Source of the DNA: Malacoraja senta
Taxonomy: Eukaryota
Reading direction: 5' to 3'
Length of the DNA: 64,000 bases
Assembly (NCBI GenBank): GCA_038087875.1
Contig: CM075991.1
Span: forward strand, 7,006,001-7,070,000
Shown here one piece after another: positions 23,634 to 36,749 of the stretch (position 1 is its first letter; every line of letters begins with the position of its first letter). The translations under genes were made by a program, and so were the position numbers. The notes beneath the pieces were generated by a model. The model was not told the origin of the DNA. It was given only the letters and a program-made list of their open reading frames with translations, and did no database searches.

Positions 23634-26350
23634 GAAACAGGCCTTTCTGACCACCAAGTGTCCGTGGACCAGCGATCAACCTGTACACTAGCACTATCCT
23701 ACACACTAGGGATAATCTACAACTTACAGAAGCCAATCCTACAGACCCGTACATCTTTGGAGTGTGGGAGGAAACCGGATCACACAGAGAAAACCCGCGT
23801 CTTATCAGGGAAAACGTACAAACTTTGTACAGACAGCAGTCTGGAACGAACCCCATTCACAGATAACACCTGACAATGCAGAAGTTGAATTGAATATAAG
23901 CTGCCGATAGGTTTAAGGACATATAAAGTTTATATCTCCTTATAAACCCTGAGAGACAATTTTATTTTCTTTGGCAGTGCAGCAGTTGAATTAGTGCACT
24001 TTATGACATTTCCCACTGAGCTTGGACACTAATTTTTTTTTTTTTAAAGTCACTGCAAAGTTTTATTGCAAACTACTTGGTGTTTACTACAAGGAAATAC
24101 ATTTTTAATTATCTTTCAAAATTACATTCCTCTCGGAGATGTTCACAATTTATTGCTGTTAGAAAAGTAAGTTTAATTCATTTTGATTTTGATTTTAAAA
24201 GTTCCTTATAGTAAATAAATAATCATATTTTTATTGATTCAATAGGGGTTTGTTAGCCAAGCCTGGAAGTACCACTTTCCAAAAATTGCCTCCAAATGTA
24301 GCATTCAGCATTATTTTGAATGGGTTGACTTCACAACTAGTAGGCTTTCTGCGTCAAAGGAACATTTAGGTTTTAACAGAAGCTGCAAGAATTGTTCAAG
24401 AGGGGCCATCAAACCCCACTGTCGAATACACTTTAGTTTTAATAAAAAGAAAAGAAATTGAAAATAAAAATCAATAAACCTAATTCAACTCTTATAATAA
24501 AAACCATTAATGTGAACTCCAATAAGTGAAGAGCGCACAGAGCGGTCTTACCTATGGGTACATTTTGTTGTTAAAAGGTAGTCATCCCATTCAAAACGAG
24601 TACTAGATGTGGGAGCTGTGAAGTATATGTGGCTTTGCAGCTTAGTGTGCGTCCACTGTGTACTGTTAATGAGTCCAGCAACACAATGGAAATCGTGACG
24701 TGCACCATCTTGCTTCCACCACCATTCCACCATCATTTATCTCAGCGCCATTTTCATCCACTAATTCTAAAATATGCCGACTGTGCAGTTGTGGTTGTGC
24801 AAAAGAATTTCACTGAGCTGTGCGAACGTGACAATTAAGTTCATAAGTTTTGGGAGCAGAATTAGGCCATTCGGCCCATCAAGTCTACTCTGCCATTCAA
24901 TCATGGCTGATCTATCTTTTTCTCTCAACCCAATTCTCCTGCCTCCACCCCATAACCCCTGACACCATTACTAATCAGGAATCTGTCAATCTCTACCATA
25001 AAAAATATCCATTGACTTGGAGATAGGCACAAAATGCTGGAGTAACTCAGGCAGTGTCTCTGGAGAGAAGGAATGGGTGACGTTCTGGGCCAAACCCTTC
25101 TTCAGACTTGGCTTGGCAATTCCATTGACTTGGCCTCCACAGCCATCCGTGGCAATGAATTCCACAGATTCACCACCCTCGAACTAAAGAAATTCCTTCT
25201 CATCTCATCTCAATAAAGAGCCATTGAACCCTTGGTTTCCTGCTGGTGCTTGGGAGCAGGAGAAAGGAATTTGAAGATAGGTGGTCTGAGTATGGGTCTG
25301 CGGGTCTGATTCAGTGAAGGGAATCCATACTGGGAGTAGTAGAAAGTAGACAAAGAGATGAACAAGACCCTAAATGCTCAAGAAAGAGAAGCAACAAATC
25401 CAGATTGTATATTAAAAGGAAAGGCTCTAAAATCGCCCACCAAATGACTCTTGTACAAGGACAATCTCAAACTGTGATTTTAATTGTCTAGTTTCTGAAC
25501 TGTCAGTTCTAATTGTGGACTTCTGATTTGACCTCCTTTTTGCATATTACATGTGCACACTCACTTGGAAATGAAAACAAAAAAAACACGCAAGCACAGA
25601 CATGCACATATATACACATGGAGTGTAATCACAAGTATGTTGTACTTCATGTGGAAAATGTGCCTTTACCTCAGATTAATATTTAGCTCCTGGTTTGAGC
25701 AGCTGTTTCTAAAGTGCATGTTTTAAGACACATGTTGGATTATATCAGAGCTGGCAGATTCTCTTCTGGAAATGTAGGAAGCATGAGAGTCACAGAACCG
25801 TACCACATGGAAACAGGCTCTTCAGCCCATTTTATCCATTGGGCTTCATCCACACTGGGCTAGTCTGATTTACCTCCATTTGGCCAAGAGCCTTCCAAAT
25901 TCCTATCAATCAGACTACGTCTGGAAACTTGAACTGATAACATTGAAGTACATTTCATACTAAATGATGATTTTGATTAAAGCCTCTATCACACTCAGTT
26001 AACCCAATACCACAAAGACTGAGGAAGGATCCCGACCTGAAATGTTCTCCAGAGATGCTGCCTGACCCGCTGAGTTGCTCCAGTACTTTGTGTCCTACAA
26101 GATGACAAATGGTATACTGAGCCTTCAGTTTCTGAAATAGAATGCTTTAGTTTTTAATGTTTTATAAAAACAAGTTGTGGGCTTAAAAGATTTCCTCTAT
26201 CGTTAAACTTGTTCTTTCCTCATGCTGCCCTTCAGTTGGGAGTCTCAGGTAAAGCCTTGCTGGGGGGCTTAAAGCTGTGAACTAGTTGTGGTTTGACTTC
26301 ATCTTCATCTTCCGGAAAAAAAATGGCCTTGATTCATTAAGAAAACATTA

Positions 26351-26678
26351 AGGTACAGATCAATGAGGACAAGGACAAACAGACTCAAAAACAGTTTTTA
26401 TCCCACAGCAATAACTACACTTAATGTAGCCACCAATTGAGCGCAGGTGCGCTACATACCAAAGGGACTGTGAAATCGACAGAAGAATGTATGGTTGTGT
26501 GTTTATGCTTGTTTTTTTCATGTTATTTATTTTGGTTGTTTATTTTAGATATTTCTCTTTTACGTATCGTTAGCTTTTAGATAATGCACTGACTGGTTGG
26601 CATTTTTAATTTCGTTGTATATGTTTACATGTTATAATGACAATAAATAATTTCATTCATTCATTCATTCATTCATTC
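26351..26678 (+). mobile_element. Rex1-like LINE 3' end with (ATTC)n tail
   Basis: RYRSMRTRTNRLKNSFYP terminus; closely similar to 36347-36749. Confidence 0.8.
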
Positions 26679-27920
26679 AAAAGACTTAAATGAGCTAGAT
26701 ATTTGGTTGGCCGTTTCACTGAATGGAAAAAAAAGTAGCGTTTTCAACTTCCTCTTTTAAGTAGCACTTTTTTTCAGTTTTGTGTGGAAAATAAGATCAT
26801 GAAGCGTGGGTATGTGGACAGGCTCAGTCCCAGTTTTAGTGCATCACTGATCTCAGCTGGTGTGTGGACACAACTAGCTGGAGTAACTCAGCACGACAGG
26901 CAGCATCTCTGGAGAGAAGGAATGGGTGACGTTTTGGGTCCTTTCTTCAGAACGGTCTCAACCCGAAACGTCACCCATTCCTTCTCTCCAGCGATGCTGC
27001 CTGTCCAGTTGAGTTATTCCAGCTTTTAGTATTTATCTTCAAATTCATTCCTATACATATCCCTCATGTTCCTATTAAACCTATGTCCTCTGGTTCTCCA
27101 TTCCCCTACTCGCGTCCTGACAACATCTCCGTAACTCTTCTCTGCACCCTTTACAGCTTAAAAAAAAATATCGAGACAGTCATTAGTTATCCAGTGAAGA
27201 AAATAGCAACATGTTTACTAATTACCGGCCAAAATATAGAAGTGGACAGTTAACTAATCAAAGAAATATGGAATTCGAGATTTCATTTTGATTTAGTATT
27301 CAATCTCCGTGATATGATATTGTTGAACAGTTCAGTTACAACATAATGCTCTCCAAAACACAAAAGATAAAGAAACACTAGAAATTATTTCACCATCTCA
27401 TTTTCAAGTTCAAAACCCCCATGACTGCAAGAATGTTAGTGTAAAATTAGCAAATAAAAACATGATGCACCTTGTGAACAACACTGTCCTCAAAGTCTAC
27501 CTGAAAAAGTATTAAAAGTGTGTAGGAAAGAACTACAGATGCTGGTTTAAATTGAAGGTATGACACAAAATGCTGGAGTAACTCAGCGGGACAGGCAGCA
27601 TCTCTGGAAAGAAGGAATGGGTGACGTTTTGGGTCGAGACCCTTCTTCAGACTGAAAGGCCACTCTTCCCAAGATGTGAAATGAGAGGAAGATTAGGTGG
27701 TGCGGCTCTAAGAATCTGCTCCAGCACAGTAAGATAATGGCTGATCTGATGACTGATCCACCCCGTTTACCTTCCTGATCCCCACAAACCTTTGATTAAA
27801 GTTAGTACTTTACAAACAACTTTGTGCAAGTCACTAATGTAAAATGGGGAACACAGGAGCCAGCTTGTATTCAAACCAGCAACATCTGATAGATGTTTCT
27901 TAAAATTATAAGTCACAACA

Positions 27921-28220
27921 TGGTGGCACAGTGGCGCAGCGTTAGAGTTGCTGCCTCACAGCGCCAGGGACCGGGGTTCGATCCTGACTACGGGTGCTGT
28001 CTGTATGGAGTTTGTACATTCTCCCTATGACCCTGTGGATTTTCTCCGGGTGCTCCAGTTTCCTCCCACATTCTAAAGACGTGCTGGTTTGTAGGTTAAG
28101 TGGCTTCTGTAAATTGCCCCTAGTGTGTCGGACAAAGAACTAGCGTACTATGATCAATGGTCAGCATGGACTTGGACGGCCGAAGAGCCTATTTCCAAGC
28201 TGTATCTCTAAATTAAAGTA
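27921..28220 (+). mobile_element. tRNA-derived V-domain SINE (HE1-like)
   Basis: A/B boxes, V-domain and CR1-like tail. Confidence 0.88.
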
Positions 28221-28989
28221 AGTTTGTTGCAGTGATTGTGGATTTCTGTCAGTGTAAAATAAACCTTCAAATTTGTAGAGACCTGTGTTATTCTGCTTTA
28301 AATTATTTGCAGTTTATCTATATAGGGTATTCTCTTCATGTACTAATTCTTAAACCTGTCCGAAAAACCCAATGAATACACTTGCCCTACATAAAAAACA
28401 CCTGAAAGTTAAATGGCATGCACAAACTCATTTTTGGGTATCCATTTCTGGTTACTTTGGCTTGCTGCGATGCTGATATTCAGTACGATACTGAAATATG
28501 CGTAGGAATTGTAACGTTGCCTCTTGAGCTACATTTATTACAGATATCCTACCTCTAATTCTTCATGTTTGCTCCAGCTCCCAGAATCAACGTGTTTAAA
28601 GGAGAGGTGATTTAGTTGACTCGCGAGTAAAATTTTAATCGCTTATTTTAAGAATTTCTGCAATCTGAGCTAAGCTTATGCGTTTTACTTATTTATGTAA
28701 CCTAATTAATTCTGCAGGAAAGAATTTGCTATTTCGAATGAAGCACTTGAGTGTGGCATATTCCAAGATGATTTGAAAATTAACTTTTTGTAATTAGCTA
28801 ACAATAGGCAGTTTGTTTTTTGAGCCCCAATGAAGGTGATGAAAAACAATGATTTCTCAATTAAAAAATGTTCCCAAAGGCAAGTTACACCTAATTAATA
28901 TGGAAACATCGAGGTGTTTTTGTATTTCAGATGAATTAAAGGCTTGAAGCATCCATAACCTTCTTAGCTTTGTTTTCACTCTTTTTCAT

Positions 28990-29303
28990 TTTGTTTAGTT
29001 TAGAGATGTGGAGTGCAGAAACAGGCCCTTCGGCCCACCGTGTCCATGCCGAACAGCGATCCCCGCACACTTGCACCATCCTACACTCACACGGGACAAT
29101 TTAATTTTTTTTTACCGAAACCAATTAGCCTCCAAACCTGTATGTCTTTGGTGTGTGGGAGAAAACCGGAGATCTCGGAGAAAACCCACGCAGGTCACGG
29201 GGAGAACATACAAACTCCTTACAGACCGCACCCGTAGTCAGGATCAAACCCGGGTCTGTGGCACTGTATGGCAGCAACTCTACCGCTGCACCACCGTACT
29301 GCC
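28990..29303 (-). mobile_element. tRNA-derived V-domain SINE (HE1-like)
   Basis: Reverse complement of the family pattern. Confidence 0.88.
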
Positions 29304-29855
29304 ATTGATGTAGGATCCATAAGTTTTGTCTTGCATGATCCATAAATTTCAATCCAGAAGATACTTTAGACGACCACATTCATTTACAAACTCTGATTGC
29401 AACCAATGTATTCCTTAATTGCTGTCTGAGCTGTTCCCAGTATCCAAGAGTGAGTCTCAAACTGGAATGTAATTAAGGGAATTAGATGATTTATATGTAA
29501 GAGTGGATACCTAAGAGTGAAAGCTAATTAAATCAGGTCTTTTTAATATAAAATACAGTAACAGATCGCCAGGAGTGATTCATTATGTATTCAGGTGGTT
29601 CATTTGTAGAATAAAGGATCTGGATGCAATTAGAGGGTGATATCGAATCAAGAGTTTCAGATGCTTTACATCAAGAGGAGAGGCAAGAACCTGGTGCAGG
29701 CGTTGAGATACGTCGCCTTAAAGCAGAGTTGGCGATATCTGGGAGTGAGCTACAGGCTTGAATCGAATCTGAGCAGTGGGATGGTATGTTTAAATATATA
29801 TTGATGGATACCTGGGAATAAGTTGCAAGTGTGAATCCAATTAATTAGTTCTGTT

Positions 29856-30155
29856 GTGTAAGATGCTGGTTTAAATCAAAGGTAGACACAAAATGCTGGA
29901 ATAACTCAGCGGGCGAGGCAGCATCTCTGGAGAGAAGGAATGGGAGATGTTTTGGGTCGAGACCCTTCTGCAGACTGATGTCAAGGGAGGGGGCGGGACA
30001 AAGATAGAATGTAGTCTGAGACAGTAACGCTAGTGGGAGAACTGGGAAGGGGAAGGGGATGGAGAGAGAAAGCAAGGGCTATCTGAAGTTAGACTTTCCT
30101 TCTCTCCAGAGATGCTGCCTCAGCCGCTAAGTTACTCCAGCATTTTGTGTCTACC
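29856..30155. mobile_element. Penelope-derived fold-back insertion with 15-bp TSD
   Basis: TSD TTAATTAGTTCTGTT at 29841-29855 and 30156-30170. Confidence 0.85.
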
Positions 30156-30449
30156 TTAATTAGTTCTGTTTAGCTAAGTAATGAGGCCTTTTAAGATATG
30201 GTGTCCTTTTAGCCAATTTGTCTTTGGCTTCCGTATCTAAAGTATTTTAACTAACAGTGAGACGTGGAGAAAGTGTATGAATAATTTTATGATGGAGGGA
30301 TTTGAAGATACCTCAGATCAAATGATAGGCACAACTGTCAGAAAATATTTGTGAATGACAATGTTTAAGAAAGACTTGTCCAGTTACCATATCAATTTTG
30401 TAACAGGTTTAAGGTAAGAGGAGAAAGATTTAAAGGAATCTGAGGGCAT

Positions 30450-31340
30450 GCTAGGAGGCTGCAAGGTGACTTGGATAGGTTGGGCGAGTGGGCAAATGCA
30501 TGGCAGATGCAGTATAATGTGGATAAATGTGAGGTTATCCACTTTGGTGGCAAAAACAGGAAAGTAGACTATTATCTGAATGGTGGCCGATTAGGAAAAG
30601 GGGAGATGCAATGAGACCTGGGTGTCATGGTACACCAGTCATTGAAAGTAGGCATGCAGGTGCAGCAGGCAGTGAAGAAAGCAAATGGTATGTTAGCATT
30701 CATAGCAAAAGGATTTGAGTATAAGAGCAGGGAGGTTCTACTGCAGTTGTACAGGGTCTTGGTGAGACCACACCTGGAGTATTGCGTACAGTTTTGGTCT
30801 CCTAATCTGAGGAAAGACATTCTTGCCATAGAGGGAGTACAGAGAAGGTTCACCAGACTGATTCCTGGGATGGCAGGACTTTCATATGAAGAAAGATTGG
30901 ATAGACTCGGCTTGTACACGCTAGAATTTAGAAGATTGAGGGGGGATCTTATAGAAACTTACAAAATTCTTAAGGGGTTGGACAGGCTAGATGCAGGAAG
31001 ATTATTCCCGATGTTGGGGAAGTCCAGAACTAGGGGTCACAGTTTAAGGATAAGAGGGAAGTCTTTTAGGACCGAGATGAGAAAATCATTTTTTACACAG
31101 AGAGTGGCGAATCTGTGGAATTCTCTGCCACAGAAGGTAGTTGAGGCCAGTTCATTGACTATATTTAAGAGGGAGTTAGATGTGGCCCTTGTGGCTAAAG
31201 GGATCAGGGGGTATGGAGAGAAGGCAGGGATGGGATACTGAGTTGGATGATCAGCCATGATCATATCGAATGGCGGTGCAGGCTCAAAGGGCCGATTGGC
31301 CTACTCCTGCACCTATTTTCTATGTTTCTATGTTTCTATC
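30450..31340 (+). mobile_element. CR1 LINE 3' part (ORF2 C-terminus 30627-31241, (TTTCTATG)n tail)
   Basis: LVRPHLEYCVQFWSP, RRLRGDLIETYKI, TRGH and FFTQRV..WNSLP motifs. Confidence 0.95.
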
Positions 31341-32600
31341 TTTTTCTCACAGAGGGTGTGAAGAAGATCTATCACTACATTTAAAAGATGTTTGGACAGG
31401 TACATGGATAGGAAAGGTTTAGAGGGATATGGGCCATACGCAGGCAGGTGGGACGTGTAGATGGGGTATTTTGGTCGACATTGGGAAAGAGCCTGTTTCC
31501 ATGCTGTATGACTCAATAACCGTGACCTTGTATGAATTTATTCCTAAATGTATGTGATAAAGAAAGATGAATTCGAAAGACACGAGAGGCTGCCTGAAAC
31601 TGTCATTGTCATTCCTTTCATAACACCTTAGTAGTTTTAGTTGATCAGCAATCGGTGTGCGTTTGAAGGCATTGGAAGCTGAGGGGCTTATGTGAGTGCA
31701 TTTTAATATTGATCGAATAATTAGAAAACATTAAACTGAAAAAACTCAAGAGGAAAAACAAAGGTATTTAGACAGTGATTATCAGAAATGTGTTAAGCTG
31801 AGCCCTTTAATACTTTCAGTTATCTGGTGATTATTATCATATCGGAAATTTTCACTGAAATCTAATGTGCATCACGATCCCTTGATGTGTGATGCTCCAT
31901 TGAACCGTTTCTTACACAGAAACCCTCCATACAGGGCAGAAATGGATGCTCTTCCAGATGATATTAAAATGTAACCGTAGTTTTGCTTTAGGGTGCAGTA
32001 TTTCCTATACTGGTGGGACTCCCTTTTTTTTTGGGGGGGGGGGGGGGATGTACATGGGCTCTTCATTCAACTGAATGTGAAATCAGCATCTCACTTTTCC
32101 CCGAAAAGTTCACATTTAAGAAGTAACGTTTAAGGCCGACTCGTGCAATTTCCAGTTCTTGGAAATATGCGAAATGTAAAATGGGCTTAGTGCAAATGGG
32201 TACTTGATAATTGGTACAAGTGCAGCACATTGGAGCAACAGGAGAGTTGCTGCCTTACAGCACCAGAGACCTGGTTTTGATCCTGACTATGGGTAGTGTG
32301 TGCATGTAGTTTGCATGTTCTCCCTGTGACCACCTGGGTTTCCTCCGGGTGCTCCAGTTTCCTCCCACATTCCAAAGACGTACAGTTTTGTAGGTTAATT
32401 CTATAAATTGTCCCTCTTGTGTAGGATAGATGTCCCTTGTGTGTAGGATATGTTGATTTTAATGCTGCCATGTTTAATCATATGGAGATAGTGTTGGTGG
32501 TATTTTTCCAGTGCCTTCAGGTATCTTGTTACGGTAGTATAGGTCTCAGCAGTGCATAGGACTCCGGGATCACTGCTGCCCAATAATGTTACAGTCACGG

Positions 32601-33667
32601 AGTCATACAGCGTGGAAACAGGCCCTTTGGGCCAACTTGCCCATGCTGACCAAGATGCCCCTTCTACACTAGTCCCACCTGCCCACGTTTGACCCATATC
32701 CTTCTAAACTTTCCTGTCTATGTATCTGTCCAAATGTATTTTAAATGTTGTTATAGGATATGCCTCAACTACCTCCTCTGGCAGTTCATTTCATATACCC
32801 ACCACCTTCTGTGTGAAAAAGTTGTCCTCGGGTTCCAATTAAATGTTTCCTCTCACCTTCAACTTGTGTCCTCTGGTTCTTGATTCCTGTACTGTGGGTA
32901 AAAGACTCTGTACACTCACCCTATCTAATCCCCTACTTATTTTATACGCAGACCTAGATGTGGTTTTATGTTGCTGCCAGATTTTTCAATCTTCATGTAA
33001 ACTTTCACCTCGGCAAAGGTGAATATGATGGCTGCTGTTTATTAGTATTATTTGACTATTGGCTCCTGCGGTATGGCAAATAGTCCACCTTCCCCATAAA
33101 CCCCTATTGTCGGAGGGCAGTGGAGTACAGTCGGGGCAGGTTGAGAGAGGTGCCCTGGAATAATATCCTCTTCCATACGCATGCTTCTTTACAAGTCATT
33201 GATGATCAACATGCAGCATCCTCGTAAATCTTCTCTGCACCCTTTCCAGCTTGACAACAACTTTCCCATGACATGGTGCCCAGAGCTGAACGGTCTGAAC
33301 GGTCTGAAGAAGGGTCAAGACCCAAAACATCACCCTTTCCTTCTCTCCTGAGATGCTGCCAGTCTCGCTGAGTTACTCCAGCTTTTTGTGTTTATCTTTG
33401 GTTTAAACCAGCATCTGCAGTTCCTTCCTACACAATACTCTAAATGTGGCCTCACCAAGAAGGTGGTGGGTATATGAAATGAACTGCCAGAGGAGGTAGT
33501 TGAGGCATATCCTATAACAACATTTAAAATACATTTGGACAGATACATAGACAGGAAAGTTTAGAAGGATATGGGTCAAACGTGGGCAGGTGGGACTAGT
33601 GTAGAAGGGGCATCTTGGTCAGCATGGGCAAGTTGGCCCAAAGGGCCTGTTTCCACGCTGTATGACT
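32601..33667. repeat. Perfect 210-bp inverted repeat (32601-32810 / 33458-33667) within a minus-strand CR1
   Basis: Manual reverse-complement comparison found no mismatch. Confidence 0.93.
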
Positions 33668-34199
33668 GCAACATGACCTCCTCATTTCTATACTCGGGTG
33701 CCTGACTGATGAAGGCCCATGTGCCAAAAGCCACATCTACCTGTGATGCCACTTTCAAGGAAAGATAATGTGAGTGTTAAAGCCAAGCCTGAACCTTTTC
33801 CCCAATCAATGCTTATTCTTCCCAGCTTGAGTCATTGAAGAGCAATAAGCAGCAGGTAACCTGACTGTTTGCAGTCTGGTGAAACTACTGGAAAGCAGTG
33901 ATTTACGATATGATGCGATAGAACTTTATTTATCCCAGGAGGCCAATTGATCTGCCAACAGTCATAAAACACAAGAAAAACACAAGGCACATGAAACATG
34001 TCATAAAACACAAGATACCTGAAACAACAAGACACACGAATACATTTACTGGCAGCAAAGACAAAAGGGGGAAGAAAGAGTGAATTGTGTTTTTGTTGGC
34101 ACCTTCCGATGCTACAAGAAGGCCCAAAGTGTCTTCTAGCCAGTGGAGTGCTTCTAAAGTTTGGTCACTAACATGAGTCAGACAAACACAAACATGAAG

Positions 34200-34845
34200 C
34201 AGTCATAGCAAGAGGATTTGAGTATAGGAGCAGGGAGGTTCTACTGCAGTTGTACAGGGTCTTGGTGAGACCACACCTGGAGTATTGCGTACAGTTTTGG
34301 TCTCCAAATCTGAGGAAGGACATTATAGCCATAGAGGGAGTGCAGAGAAGGTTCACCAGACTGATTCCTGGGATGTCAGGACTTTCATATGAAGAAAGAC
34401 TGGATAGACTTGGCTTATACTCGCTAGAATTTAGGAGATTGAGAGGGGATCTTATAGAAACGTACAAAATTCTTATGGGGTTGGACAGGCTAGATGCAGG
34501 AAGATTGTTCCCGATGTTGGGGAAGTCCAGGACAAGGGGTCACAGCTTAAGGATAAGGGGGAAATCCTTTAAGACCGAGATGAGGAAAAACTTTTTCACA
34601 CAGAGAGTGGTGAATCTCTGGAACTCTCTGCCACAGAGGGTAGTTGAGGCCAGTTCATTGGCTATATTTAAGAGGGAGTTAGATGTGGCCCTTGTGGCTA
34701 AAGGGATCAGGGGGTATGGAGAGAAGGCAGGTACGGGATACTGAGTTGGATGATCAGCCATGATCATATTGAATGGCGGTGCAGGCTCGAAGGGCCGAAT
34801 GGCCTACTCCTGCACCTATTTTTCTATGTATCTATGTATCTATGA
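34200..34845 (+). mobile_element. CR1 LINE 3' part
   Basis: ORF 34250-34744 is nearly identical to 30627-31241; microsatellite tail. Confidence 0.95.
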
Positions 34846-36346
34846 GCCTATTTGTGCACAAACAGGGTGACGCTCACAGCACCGTGGCAATAGTGGGATA
34901 ACTCATGTTGAATGATGGTGACTGTGGGAGAAATACTGGTCAGGACGCTGGTGGGAGCTCCAATCCTCTCACCAAACCAATCTTGATGCCAGCCTGAGAG
35001 AAGAAATGGAGACTTGATTTTATGGCCTCTTCCATAAGGCAGTATGCAGAGTGATTCCATGAGGATGACAAAAATGCAGAGTGCTGATCAAATAGAATAA
35101 TTGAAACTGACTGTCCCAGCTAATGAAGTGGCAAACTTGTAGCGTTCTCCGTCTGAAGCTCAGCACAGCAGGGAATACTGCAATCATTCACTTAACTATC
35201 ACTTGATCTGATTTCAGGATGTGCATCCATTGCCAATCACTTGTAGCCCTTAAGAATATGATGGTTAGTGGTCTTGTTGACTCGATGCCATAAGACAGCA
35301 CAGGAACATGACCTTTGGCCCCCAATATCCGTGCCAAACATGGTGCCGGGTAAACTGATCACTGACTGCACGTGATCTATTGGGTGGCACGGTGGAGTTT
35401 GCAGCGCCAGAGACCCAGGTTCGATCCCGACTACAGGTGCTGTCTGCACGGAGATTGTACGTTCTCCCCGTGACCGCATGGGTTTTCGCCGAGATCTTCG
35501 GTTTCCTCCCGCATTCCAAAGACGTACAGGTTTCCAGGTTAATTGGCTTGGTATAAGTGTGAGTTGTCCCTAGTGTGTGGAGGATAGTGTTAATGCACTG
35601 GGATCGCTGGTCGGTGTGGATTCGGTGGGCCGAAGGGCAGCTTCCGTGCCGTATCTCTAAACTGAACTATACCCCTCCGTACCCTGCATATCCATGTGCC
35701 TATCCAAATGCCACTATCGTATCTGCCTCCGTCACTTCCTCTGGCAGTAGCTTCCAGGCATTCACTACCCCCCCAACATCTTGTTTGATATTTGCCCCTC
35801 TCAAAGCTATGTCCTCTAATCTTTGACATTTCCGCCATGGGAAAAATATTCTGTCTACCGAATCTATCTCTGTCTACCTAATCTGTCTACCCGAATCTCT
35901 TTTTATATCCATCGACCAGGTCTCCTCTGTTGTCTCTAACCCTCCAGAGAGAACAACCTTCACTCTGATCTGGACAACATTCTGGTGAAGCTCTTCTGCA
36001 CCTTCTACAAAGCCTCCACATCCTTCCTGTTAAGGGGTGACCAGAAAGGGGGGGCTCAGTGGCGCAGCAGTAGAGTTGCTGCCTTACAGCGCCAGATGCT
36101 CGGGTTCGATCCTGACTACGGGTGCTTCTCTGTACCGAGTTTATAGTTTTTTTCCACGACCTGCGTGGGTTTTTTTCTGGGATCTCTGGTTTCCTCTCAC
36201 ACTCCAAAGACATATAGGTTTGTAGGTTAATTGGCTTTGGTAAAAATTGTAAATTGTCCCTAGTGTGTGTAGGATAGTGTTAATGTGCGGGGATCGTTGG
36301 TCGGCACAGACTCGGTTGGCCGAAGGGCCTGTTTCCACACTGTATC

Positions 36347-36749
36347 CTCCTCACCTTGGAGGACCTACACAGTTCCCACTGTCTCAAAAAATCCCAAAAC
36401 ATCATAAAGGACATTTTCCACCCCGGTCACTCCCTGTTTGAACTGTTGCCGTCAGGCAGACGGTACAGATCAATGAGGACAAGGACAAACAGACTCAAAA
36501 ACAGTTTTTTATCCCACAGCAATAACTACACTTAATGTAGCCACCAAATGAGAGCAGGTGTGCTACACACCAAAGGGACTGTGAAATCGATAGAAGAATG
36601 TTTTTTTTCATGTTATTTATTTTAGTTGTTTATTTTAGACTTTTGCTTTTAGAAAATGTGTGAATGGTGCACTGGCTGGTTGGCATTTGTAATTTCGTTG
36701 TACATGTTTACATGTTATAATGACAATAAAGTATTCATTCATTCATTCA
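36347..36749 (+). mobile_element. Rex1-like LINE 3' end inserted in a SINE tail
   Basis: HPGHSLFELLPSGRRYRS…RLKNSF; (ATTC)n tail. Confidence 0.85.

Noticed and set aside
30627-31241. 204-aa ORF as a host gene
   Set aside because: It is the CR1 ORF2 C-terminus, duplicated at 34250-34744, with an upstream stop.
32033-32048. G/C homopolymer runs (also ~2057, 40636, 43404, 62496) as functional G-quadruplexes
   Set aside because: Simple homopolymers of uncertain length with no supporting context.
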